From the IMG/VR virus record IMGVR_UViG_3300035182_002025, positions 1 to 57,450 of that record: DNA of 57,450 bases; one strand, given 5' to 3'. The translations under genes and the position numbers were made by a program. The stretch is from a virus. Its lineage: Duplodnaviria; Caudoviricetes. Numbering within the stretch: the stretch's first letter is position 1; each line of letters begins with the position of its first letter. The notes beneath the pieces are model-generated. The model was not told the origin of the DNA, did not search any database, and saw only the letters and a list, made by a program, of their open reading frames with translations. Positions 38,400 to 46,893 of the stretch are shown here, one piece after another.

Positions 38400-40289
38400 G
38401 TGAAGAACCGGTTTTTCGCATCGTCTAGCGCCTACGGCCTAATATTACAGGGCGACACTGCGGCCTGTAGCCAGTGGATAGGCTTTGCGCAAGGCCAATT
38501 GCAAGGTATTTTAGCCCGCCAGACAGGCCCAACCACGATACTGCTGGAGCCTAAACCCGGCGTACAAATACGGATAGACACAAGGCCGAATAAAATCAGC
38601 ATCACAGTAGCCGGGGGCTTGCTCATAACGGTTATGGACAAGGACAGTACTGTGGATTCAGCAGGCGGAACGGTGTCAACCGCACCTTTTCAGCCAAAAG
38701 ATATGCGCTGGATGTACTCTAAAAGTACAGTGTCCTCTAGAAAATCAAATTTTTATTCTGGGGGATTTAGCAAGTTTGGCAGCGGCAGCAGCTTTTCCCC
38801 TCCGTATTTTAGCCGGGGAGGATATTGGGTGGACGACGAAGGTGGAAAAGCCTTAAGTTGGGTCAGCAGAAAACCAAACGGCGCGGCCAATAATATGGTC
38901 AACACCTTATTCATAGGCGGCAAATACGGCTCCGTACCGTCTTCCGGCGGTAGGTACGTCACCTACGGGTGCATTGTAGATAAAACCACCCTGGGAGTGG
39001 CGCTTGCGGTAGACCTATCGATATACAGATATGTAGTAGCGCTGATATTTACTAACTACACCACTTCTGCCACCACGCTGGAAGTTTACGGGTGCAGTCC
39101 GACTGTAACCTCGGAATTTATACCGACTCAGATATCTACCACCGCTATAACTCTGCCAAGCGCTAATTTAACGGGGTTCAACGCTACAGCCAGGGAGATG
39201 GCGGCGTTAAGTTATGCAGGCGCAACACAGAGCGTGGACATACTGACTTTTAACTCTACGTATACGGGTTTTTCCAGCACCACGGAGTATTCCGCCACGT
39301 ATACTAGGGTAGAACAGACCTTCGAAATATCTGTAACACCTACTACCCCATTTTTTGACGCCTTCATGGAGCACGACCGTAGTACGGCCGTTATTTCAGG
39401 GGATCCGCTGGCCGTTCTAATAGCCGCTGATGGGAAAGGATTTTCAGTGTTAAGGGAGCAGGTGACTACCTATTCCGACAATTACCATGCGGACGAAAAA
39501 AACGTAGGGGATGGCGCGCTGTTCTCTGGGTATAGGCACGCCACAGACTCAAAAAATACCGCTGGGTACCTGGATATGATGTACCTCCAGACTGGAGAAG
39601 CCCCCGCATTCACGGCGACTTTTGGAGCGTATACGACGTCTGCATCTGGATTTGAGAACCTTGAATACGAGGCCTCTGCCGTAGACCCCTACATAACTTA
39701 TGAAAGGTCTACTACTGCCGTGAATAAATTCTACGCGATCCAGCACTTTTCAGCGAGAACAGGTAGCGCCATATTTGTTGAAATTACCAACACCGAAACC
39801 TCAACTGATACTAGCGTAGTGAGATTAGGTTCAAACGATACGGAATACTCTATTACGACAGATAACGCCAAGGAGACAAAAGTGCGAGTACTTGATGGCG
39901 GGGTTTTTAGGACTATAAAAACTACTACCGACACGTTCTCCTCTTCGGATACCGGGGTGCTTTTCGGCACACAATCTACGGCCATAAACGATGTGCTAGC
40001 CGATATATCCTCTGATCATTCGCCATCCATCACTGTCTCTGACGCAGGATCTCTAGTATCCAGCAGGGATAATTTAGCGGGAACGGCGGCTACAGCCACG
40101 CTGGTTATGTCGAATATTACAGTGCCGTATAACGCTAGCGGGAACACGTTCGCTGAGTATGGCGTAACGGTAATAGCGGATATCCCTAGCGCTACGCAGG
40201 TGTTATTAGAGTACAGGTTAGATTTAGACCCGGCGTATTCTAGCGGGGGAATAACGTCCCCTATTAGCGTAACGCAAAAATCTTTTTAA
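38400..40289 (+). CDS. Ser/Thr-rich putative virion protein
   Basis: 629-aa ORF in the tail module; no catalytic motif seen; start uncertain. Confidence 0.65.
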   Translation: MKNRFFASSSAYGLILQGDTAACSQWIGFAQGQLQGILARQTGPTTILLEPKPGVQIRIDTRPNKISITVAGGLLITVMDKDSTVDSAGGTVSTAPFQPKDMRWMYSKSTVSSRKSNFYSGGFSKFGSGSSFSPPYFSRGGYWVDDEGGKALSWVSRKPNGAANNMVNTLFIGGKYGSVPSSGGRYVTYGCIVDKTTLGVALAVDLSIYRYVVALIFTNYTTSATTLEVYGCSPTVTSEFIPTQISTTAITLPSANLTGFNATAREMAALSYAGATQSVDILTFNSTYTGFSSTTEYSATYTRVEQTFEISVTPTTPFFDAFMEHDRSTAVISGDPLAVLIAADGKGFSVLREQVTTYSDNYHADEKNVGDGALFSGYRHATDSKNTAGYLDMMYLQTGEAPAFTATFGAYTTSASGFENLEYEASAVDPYITYERSTTAVNKFYAIQHFSARTGSAIFVEITNTETSTDTSVVRLGSNDTEYSITTDNAKETKVRVLDGGVFRTIKTTTDTFSSSDTGVLFGTQSTAINDVLADISSDHSPSITVSDAGSLVSSRDNLAGTAATATLVMSNITVPYNASGNTFAEYGVTVIADIPSATQVLLEYRLDLDPAYSSGGITSPISVTQKSF

Positions 40290-40356
40290 GGAGCCCGCTA
40301 ACCGGAAACAGGGAGGAGTCTGTTGATGGACCGATTAGCAGGCTAAACTTTAAGCT

Positions 40357-43242
40357 GTGAGCCGTCGCGACTTTATCGTAAAATGCGGCGAACCGCAACC
40401 CGAACGTGATGTTCGCACGTACCCATTTGAGGATAGCTCGATGCCAAGACCAGCCCCTGAAGACACTGTACCCGCCATGCTTGCCCCCGGGGAAGCAGTT
40501 CTCAATAAAGAGGCCTCCGACTTGGTGGGGCGAGGTGTAATCGCTGCCGCCAATAAGGCAGGGCTGGAGGTGCGCAGAAAAGGTATTGTGCCACAAGCGG
40601 ATTGCACTGGCCCTGTTCCAGTCCATGTGCCGGCGCAAGGCTATGTTGACGGGACAGAATCGGTCCACCCAGATTACTCAGCGACAACCTTGTTGTCAGG
40701 TCAGGCTACTCCAGAAGCTATTGCCGGTCATGAAGTTAAGGACAAGCTCGCTTCAAAAGGCCAGAATTTTTACGGTAACACGGCTGCGCCTGCTACCCCT
40801 GTGCAGGGCTACTCCGAAGGCGTTTCTGACGTGCCGGACCCAAACAGCAATAACTTCGTCAATCAGTCTACCGGTGTAACGACATTAGGCGGCGGGGCAA
40901 ACGGGCAGTCTACCGCCAACAAATACGCCAACATCGCGCAGCCTATGTACGGTACCCCAGGCGTATCAACAGGCCCGGCCAATAATGATCTTGCCAAGCA
41001 AAATTTCGGCGCCCGTGCGCAAATGGACCAAGCCATCAGCTATGGTAAAGCAGGCGGTATGGACGCCGCATCAGGCATCATGAAAGATATCGGTAAGAGT
41101 AAGCCAAAAGGGCTGGCGCCGACCTTTGCGCCTATGCCAAGTCTAGGTACCTCTGCGCGAGTTGATCTGGGCGGATTCACCGACATCCAGGGGTTTAATG
41201 ACGGCACCGCAAAAGTCGGCGATCTGCCCGACATGCAAAAAGTAGCCAACCAAATCAAATACCCAGAGGCCAACCAGCCCGGAACGCCAAACCAGACTCA
41301 CGGTTTTACCGGCGATCCGCACGCCCCTGAGCCGCAGCCTATGCGCCCCGGCCCAGCCGGAGCACCTGAAGGCGCTTACACGTCAAAATTTACGCTCAAC
41401 GGCCAGAACATGTCTGGTCCTGGTACCGATTTAGTTCCGGCAAAAAGCGCCGGTATCGTACCGTCCAGGCCAGTAAAAAGACCAGTACCTTTGGCGCAGC
41501 CAGTCACCGGGCCTTACCGCAACGTAACTTTTGACCATCCTGTAGCGGCGGGCAAACAGCTTGCTCCTGCGGGGAAAGGCCAGATGGCACCACAAGGGGA
41601 GGCGTACGTTAACTACGAAGAGTCCGCTACCATGAAGCCTCAGCAGTTTCGCCCAGGCCCTGGAGGAGCCCCCGTTGGGGATTACGAAGTAAACTTCGCC
41701 AATGACGGCCGCGTAGCAGGGCAAAAAGCTTTGCCGGCCCCAGAAGCGCCTCCAGCCGCTGCGGCGCAAGGGTATTCGGCGGAGGAATTGGCGGCCCTGG
41801 ATAAAGTAAAAGCGGCCGGGAGAGCTCGTGTTGACGCTATTAAAAACGGTACCGCTCAGCCGTCTGCAGGGCCGGCGCCTGCCGCCGCTGAAGCCGCTCC
41901 GGCCGCTCCGGCCGAATCATCCCCCGCACAGTCTCCTAAAGCTTCGAAGATCCCAGGAATTGTTGGCGCTGCGGCGGCATTGACTGCAGGGTATAACAAG
42001 CTAAAAGAGAACGTCCAAAAACCGGACGCCTTTTCTCTTACTAAACCGTTACCCTCCAAAGAGCAGTTGCGCGCTAATATCCGTAGTAGCCTAGACGAGC
42101 AAAAAGCAAACCTGGAAAAGCCATCCGAGTTTTCTAACGTGAAGGCCTCTATGCAGGACATGGGCTACGGCCCAGTACCCGCGGCACTCGGTGCGGGAGC
42201 GGTACGTTTAGCGGATCAGGTTGCGCCTATGGTAGAAGGGGGTAAACAGATGGCCCAAGACGTAGCGGGGCTTTTCAAAACGCCAGACGCTACGCCAGCA
42301 CCAAAAGGCACTGTCACTAAATTGGTAGAGCCGGCGGTACAGCAGCCTGCCCCTGAAGCGCAGGATCAAACTCCGGCCGGCACAACATTCGCGCCTGCTA
42401 GATATACGCCTGAAGACATTAATGGCCAATCTCGCGTTAACATCGATGAGAAAAATTACGTCCAGTCTGCCGACAAGGCTGGTATGTCCAGGGTCGCTGC
42501 GGGGCTGCAGGATCGGGAGAAGCGCGGAATAAACTTCCTACCGCCAAAACAATCTGACGCGGCGACCAAAGCGGGTACCACTGACTTTTGGATGAACCGC
42601 GGATTACCCGGCGGCGCAGCCCAAGACGCGCAGCAAAAACAGCTTGCGCAGATTCAGGACATAGCCTTGAACGGTGGCGGCAGGGGCGACATGACCGTGT
42701 CCCAATACCGTAACGCCAACGCGCGCCAGAAGGTCGCCCAAGGCATTTTGGCCGACCTAACTCGTGCCGGCACAGAGCGAGATAAAATGGCGGTCGACAA
42801 AGAAACGAACGCCAATGTCCGTGAGCAAAATGCGCTGGAGAAAAAAGCGTCCCGAGACTTGAAGGAGCGCGAGCTTAAGCAGAGCGCCACGCAACACGCC
42901 GATACCATTGCGCAGAAGAAAGAATCCGACGAGAATAAACTGATCACCGCGCAGTTCGGTGATGAGAAGCGGACGATTCGCCAGGGCGATTACCCTGCTG
43001 AGCAGGCTAAGTTCGAAAAAGCTCAGCTTTCTCAAAATATTGCGGCCAGGACAAAAGCGCTGGACACTACGTTTACCTCGCAAGATTCTGCGTATGATCA
43101 AGCCCTGGCAGAAGCGTTGCCGGAGTATGCCAAAGCGAAAGCGTTCCTTAGTGATTCCAGGCTCACTCCCGAAGAACGGGCCAGTGTACAATCTCGCATA
43201 GACGCAATTAAAACAGAGCATGCCGGAGCACTTAATGGCTGA
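40357..43242 (+). CDS. Putative internal virion/ejection protein (start may be ATG 40441)
   Basis: DTVPAMLAPGEAVLN motif; repeated QG(Y/F).(D/E)G...V; low-complexity P/A/Q/G; coiled-coil end. Confidence 0.7.
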   Translation: MSRRDFIVKCGEPQPERDVRTYPFEDSSMPRPAPEDTVPAMLAPGEAVLNKEASDLVGRGVIAAANKAGLEVRRKGIVPQADCTGPVPVHVPAQGYVDGTESVHPDYSATTLLSGQATPEAIAGHEVKDKLASKGQNFYGNTAAPATPVQGYSEGVSDVPDPNSNNFVNQSTGVTTLGGGANGQSTANKYANIAQPMYGTPGVSTGPANNDLAKQNFGARAQMDQAISYGKAGGMDAASGIMKDIGKSKPKGLAPTFAPMPSLGTSARVDLGGFTDIQGFNDGTAKVGDLPDMQKVANQIKYPEANQPGTPNQTHGFTGDPHAPEPQPMRPGPAGAPEGAYTSKFTLNGQNMSGPGTDLVPAKSAGIVPSRPVKRPVPLAQPVTGPYRNVTFDHPVAAGKQLAPAGKGQMAPQGEAYVNYEESATMKPQQFRPGPGGAPVGDYEVNFANDGRVAGQKALPAPEAPPAAAAQGYSAEELAALDKVKAAGRARVDAIKNGTAQPSAGPAPAAAEAAPAAPAESSPAQSPKASKIPGIVGAAAALTAGYNKLKENVQKPDAFSLTKPLPSKEQLRANIRSSLDEQKANLEKPSEFSNVKASMQDMGYGPVPAALGAGAVRLADQVAPMVEGGKQMAQDVAGLFKTPDATPAPKGTVTKLVEPAVQQPAPEAQDQTPAGTTFAPARYTPEDINGQSRVNIDEKNYVQSADKAGMSRVAAGLQDREKRGINFLPPKQSDAATKAGTTDFWMNRGLPGGAAQDAQQKQLAQIQDIALNGGGRGDMTVSQYRNANARQKVAQGILADLTRAGTERDKMAVDKETNANVREQNALEKKASRDLKERELKQSATQHADTIAQKKESDENKLITAQFGDEKRTIRQGDYPAEQAKFEKAQLSQNIAARTKALDTTFTSQDSAYDQALAEALPEYAKAKAFLSDSRLTPEERASVQSRIDAIKTEHAGALNG

Positions 43243-46200
43243 TTCAGATAGCATTATCGATACGCTTTCCGCTAAGTATGGGGCGCAATCCCCCGAAAGT
43301 GAAACGCCATCCTCTCCTATTGATACGCTCGAGCAGAAGTATGGGGCGGCAGATACTTCACCCGTTCGAGGCACCCTGGCCGAGGTAGGAAGACAGGTAG
43401 GTGCAGGCGCCGTCGTAGACCTTCCGGAAATGACCGGTAAAGCTATTCAGGCGTTATCGCCTACGGACAGCGGCGTCAATCGGTTTGGTAAGGAAATGCG
43501 CGAAAACGCAGAGGCTAGGGCGCCTGGATGGGAGCCTGATCTGCGTGACAAAGGTGAGGTGGCCCAGGCCGCCATACGCGCCGGTAGAGCCATCCCAGCC
43601 AGCGTGGCGCCCATAGCTTTGAGTGCAGTGCCCGTTGTAGGGCCAGAGTTATCCCTGGCTGCGACCGGCGCGCTGTTCGGCGGTAGCCAATACCAAGACA
43701 CCTACGAAAAATTAATTAGCGAAGGCGCATCGCCGGAAGAGGCAAAGGAGGCCGCTTTAGGTACTGCGGCTACCCAGGGTGGCGGCGAGATGATCGCCAA
43801 CAAACTTACCGCCGGGGTATTAGGCGCTGGCAAAAACGTAGCGGCCAATACGATAGGTGGCCTTACCGGCCAGTTAACTGAAAAGGCCGCGTTGAAAACC
43901 GCGGCTAAAGATTTCGGAAAGGCTTATGCGGCTGATCTGGTCGGCGAGCCCGCCACAGAGATTGCGCAAGACACCGCCACAGAGGCCATAGAGCGCGCAT
44001 ACGGCGCTAACCCTTCTACTGGGTACGGTGACATCGCGTACCAATCAGGTACGACTGCGCTGGCCATGGCGGCCTTGTTAGGCCTTCCTGGCGCCGGTGG
44101 ACACTACGCCAACCACAAACGCGCCGAATTAATAGACCAGACCTTAAACGATCCGGCCTCGCCAGAAAGCGCCAGACTGGCGGCTGTCAACGGCATTTAT
44201 AACCGCGCGCAATCGCAAGGTATCCAAGACGCCGACGAATGGCGAGCTGGCGCACTTGAAGATATTGCGGCCGGCAGACCGATTCGCCGTGATACCGCCT
44301 CTATTCCGGCAGCCGCTGTCGCCCAACAGCAGGCGGAACAAAGCGCAGCCCCTGTGGTACCGGAACCAAATGCCCCTCAATCCGTTCCGGAAACTATCGC
44401 CCCGGCTCCCGTACCGGAGCAAGCTGCAGCACCTATAGTTCCGGAGCAAGCCGTTACACCCGAAGCTCCAGCCCCGGCAGAACCCGATCTGAATGCTGTT
44501 AAAAATTTCGTGTCTGCGCAGGAGGCACGCTGGGCTAACACGCCTGATAGGCCAAGGGGCACTAACCCAGCCATGCGCAACGTGGCGACAGACTTAGGCC
44601 TGGATCCGAAAGCGTTTACCAGTGCAGAAGATTTGATGGGCGCTATAAAACAGCGCGTCAGCGATATCGAAACGCCTGCGCCAAAAACTCCAGGCCAACA
44701 AGTGGCTGAGGATATAGCGGGCAAAGGCACTATCAGTGACATGCTGGCAGGGCATCCAGAAATTCTGGATACCGATATGAGTATGCAACAGGCAGCGGCT
44801 CAGGCTGAAGAGCAAGCTGCCGCGGCTGGAGCGCATCCAGAACAAGTTGAACGGGCCGCAGGCGAAGAGCAAGCGCCGGTATACGTCGACGCTACTACAG
44901 GCGAGATCCTTGACGGGGCTATCTCGGAAGAAAATGCCTACTCGCCAGAAAAAATAGCCGCTTTAGACGATGCAACGCTGTCGGCGCTTTCCAAAAACTT
45001 ATCCGGCCAAAGGCTGGCCGCGGTCCAGCAAGAGTTGTTACGCCGTAAAGCGGCAGGAGGCGAGAATGCCGAGCAAATCCCAGGCGCAGGCCAAAATGAT
45101 GTCGGCGGTGGCGCACAATCCGAAGTTCGCGGAGAAGGTGGGGATACCCCAGTCGGTGGGCCTGGAGTTCCACCAAGCAGACAAGAAAGCGGGAATATTC
45201 AACAAGAGCAATCCGAAACACCCATACCACAGGAGGTAACTGAAAATGGCAAAAGCGAGAACCCAACCACGCAAGAAACAGCCGCCCAAGAAGAAATAGC
45301 GGCGGGCGACTACGCTCCGGCAGCAACTTTGTCCGAAGCGGCGAACGCTACTGAGGCGGCCAAAGCGGATACCCCCGAGCAGGATATTCAGAACGGCGAC
45401 TACACTAAGGGAGTTTCCGCAGAATACGCCGGATTGCCTATCGCCATAGAGAACGCCGCCGGATCACAACGTACCGGTACTAGCCCTGACGGTAGGCAAT
45501 GGTCGCAAACAATGCGCGATCACTACGGCGAGATTGTCGGTGCGGAAGGTGCAGACGGCGATCACGTAGACGTATTCGTTAATCCGAATGGCGCGGTTAC
45601 CAAAACAGCATTTGTCATCGATCAGGTAGACCCTAATACTGGCCTATTTGACGAGCACAAAGTGGTGCTCGGGTACCCAAATAAAACCGCAGCCGCGCAG
45701 GCGTATTTAAGCAATTACGAAGAGGGGTGGAAGGGTCTGGGAAGTATTACCGGGATGACCTTGCCAAACTTCAAAAAATGGTTGGCTACGCAGGATACTA
45801 CCAAACCTGTGACATCTACGGCGAAAGTAAAAACGGAGAATCATGTCGCCGCCGCAGCAGAGCCTAAAGAGTCCGGTGAAGGTCAAAGGCTGGAATCTGC
45901 CAGACAAGCGCTAATATCCGCCGTACCAGACGGAAATTTGGAGATGCTTTTTGGCGCAAAGCTGGGTAAAACTCGCCAGCAGCTAATGCGGATACTTACT
46001 GGCGACCCTAAATGGCCCGCCAATAAATCCGGCATGTCCTGGTTACGAGACACGTTTTATAAAATGGCGGGTATACCTGACGGTTACGCAGCGGCAGTTC
46101 GGCAGGACGCTTTTAAATCTTGGGCGAAAGGTCAATCCGATTCTACAGAGCCCCCGACGCCTCTTCCTGAAAGCGCACCACGGGCGGCCACTTCTGTAGC

Positions 46201-46402
46201 CGACAATAGCAGAGCGCTGGAAACTATCTTCGCCAAAATAGACACCACTCACCCTAACCCGGCTGAATTGCGCGAGATGTTGAAAGACAACCCGTTCAAA
46301 GAGCAGATCACGTACGTAGTCGACCACGGCTTCGAAATTTTCCAAGACTTGTTGAAGTCTGATAAAAACCCGAATGGGAAGGTAGAAAGAGTATGCCCGT
46401 AA
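43235..46402 (+). CDS. Large ejection-type polyvalent protein with InPase (inorganic pyrophosphatase-like) domain
   Basis: Gly/Ala-rich helical N-half; IAIENAAGSQRTG...WSQTM.DHYG.I....GADGDHVDVF...DQ....FDEHKVVLG; GGAG RBS before ATG 43235. Confidence 0.85.
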   Translation: MADSDSIIDTLSAKYGAQSPESETPSSPIDTLEQKYGAADTSPVRGTLAEVGRQVGAGAVVDLPEMTGKAIQALSPTDSGVNRFGKEMRENAEARAPGWEPDLRDKGEVAQAAIRAGRAIPASVAPIALSAVPVVGPELSLAATGALFGGSQYQDTYEKLISEGASPEEAKEAALGTAATQGGGEMIANKLTAGVLGAGKNVAANTIGGLTGQLTEKAALKTAAKDFGKAYAADLVGEPATEIAQDTATEAIERAYGANPSTGYGDIAYQSGTTALAMAALLGLPGAGGHYANHKRAELIDQTLNDPASPESARLAAVNGIYNRAQSQGIQDADEWRAGALEDIAAGRPIRRDTASIPAAAVAQQQAEQSAAPVVPEPNAPQSVPETIAPAPVPEQAAAPIVPEQAVTPEAPAPAEPDLNAVKNFVSAQEARWANTPDRPRGTNPAMRNVATDLGLDPKAFTSAEDLMGAIKQRVSDIETPAPKTPGQQVAEDIAGKGTISDMLAGHPEILDTDMSMQQAAAQAEEQAAAAGAHPEQVERAAGEEQAPVYVDATTGEILDGAISEENAYSPEKIAALDDATLSALSKNLSGQRLAAVQQELLRRKAAGGENAEQIPGAGQNDVGGGAQSEVRGEGGDTPVGGPGVPPSRQESGNIQQEQSETPIPQEVTENGKSENPTTQETAAQEEIAAGDYAPAATLSEAANATEAAKADTPEQDIQNGDYTKGVSAEYAGLPIAIENAAGSQRTGTSPDGRQWSQTMRDHYGEIVGAEGADGDHVDVFVNPNGAVTKTAFVIDQVDPNTGLFDEHKVVLGYPNKTAAAQAYLSNYEEGWKGLGSITGMTLPNFKKWLATQDTTKPVTSTAKVKTENHVAAAAEPKESGEGQRLESARQALISAVPDGNLEMLFGAKLGKTRQQLMRILTGDPKWPANKSGMSWLRDTFYKMAGIPDGYAAAVRQDAFKSWAKGQSDSTEPPTPLPESAPRAATSVADNSRALETIFAKIDTTHPNPAELREMLKDNPFKEQITYVVDHGFEIFQDLLKSDKNPNGKVERVCP
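45066..45239 (+). CDS. Nested (+1 frame) small basic protein, 57 aa, MPSKSQAQAKMMSAVAHNPKFAEKVGIPQSVGLEF...
   Basis: AGGAGG at 45055-45060; resembles a small phage protein family I recognise as MPSKS.AQ..MAAVAHNP.FAKKVGIPQSV..EF. Confidence 0.72.
   Translation: MPSKSQAQAKMMSAVAHNPKFAEKVGIPQSVGLEFHQADKKAGIFNKSNPKHPYHRR
45246..45299 (+). CDS. Nested (+1 frame) Lys/Arg-rich peptide MAKARTQPRKKQPPKKK
   Basis: AGGAGG at 45231-45236; same frame as, and 6 nt after, the first nested ORF. Confidence 0.5.
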   Translation: MAKARTQPRKKQPPKKK

Positions 46403-46887
46403 AATCACTGTTAGACCCATCGACCGAGATCCTGTTGGAAGAGGCCATTTCTCAGGAGATCCATGCGTCCCACCTTTACAAACATCTGGCTAACCAATGC
46501 CAGCGCTTAGGCCTATTAGGCGCGGCCAAGTACTTCCTGGCAGAGAGTGCGGAAGAGCTTACGCACTACCAGAAAATAGCGGATTACGTTAATGACAGAG
46601 GTTCGGTAGCGTTCATCCCTGACATACCGGCAGTGACATTACCGATAAAATCCCTGAACGATGCGCTGCTGGCGGCCTACAACGCCGAAGTGGCGCTAGG
46701 CCAAAAATATGAGCAGTGGTACGGGATGCTGTGCAGTTCCGACGTTACCACCGCGCAATTCTTGCTACAATACCTGGAAATACAACGGATAAGCATTGGC
46801 GACTACGGTGATCTGCTGGCCAGGATAGATATGGTCGGTGCTGACCGCGCCGCTATCCTGATCATAGATTCAGAACTCGGAGATTAA
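46393..46887 (+). CDS. ftnA: Non-heme ferritin (FtnA-like)
   Basis: QEIHASHLY, GAAKYF..ESAEELTH..KIADYVNDRG, AYNAE, D.TTAQFL.QYLEIQ, IDSELG. Confidence 0.88.
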   Translation: MPVKSLLDPSTEILLEEAISQEIHASHLYKHLANQCQRLGLLGAAKYFLAESAEELTHYQKIADYVNDRGSVAFIPDIPAVTLPIKSLNDALLAAYNAEVALGQKYEQWYGMLCSSDVTTAQFLLQYLEIQRISIGDYGDLLARIDMVGADRAAILIIDSELGD

Positions 46888-46893
46888 GTCCCT

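Noticed and set aside
40300-40335. Hammerhead ribozyme (GAAAC...GTC, CTGTTGA)
   Set aside because: Core deviates from CUGANGA and there is no room for stem I
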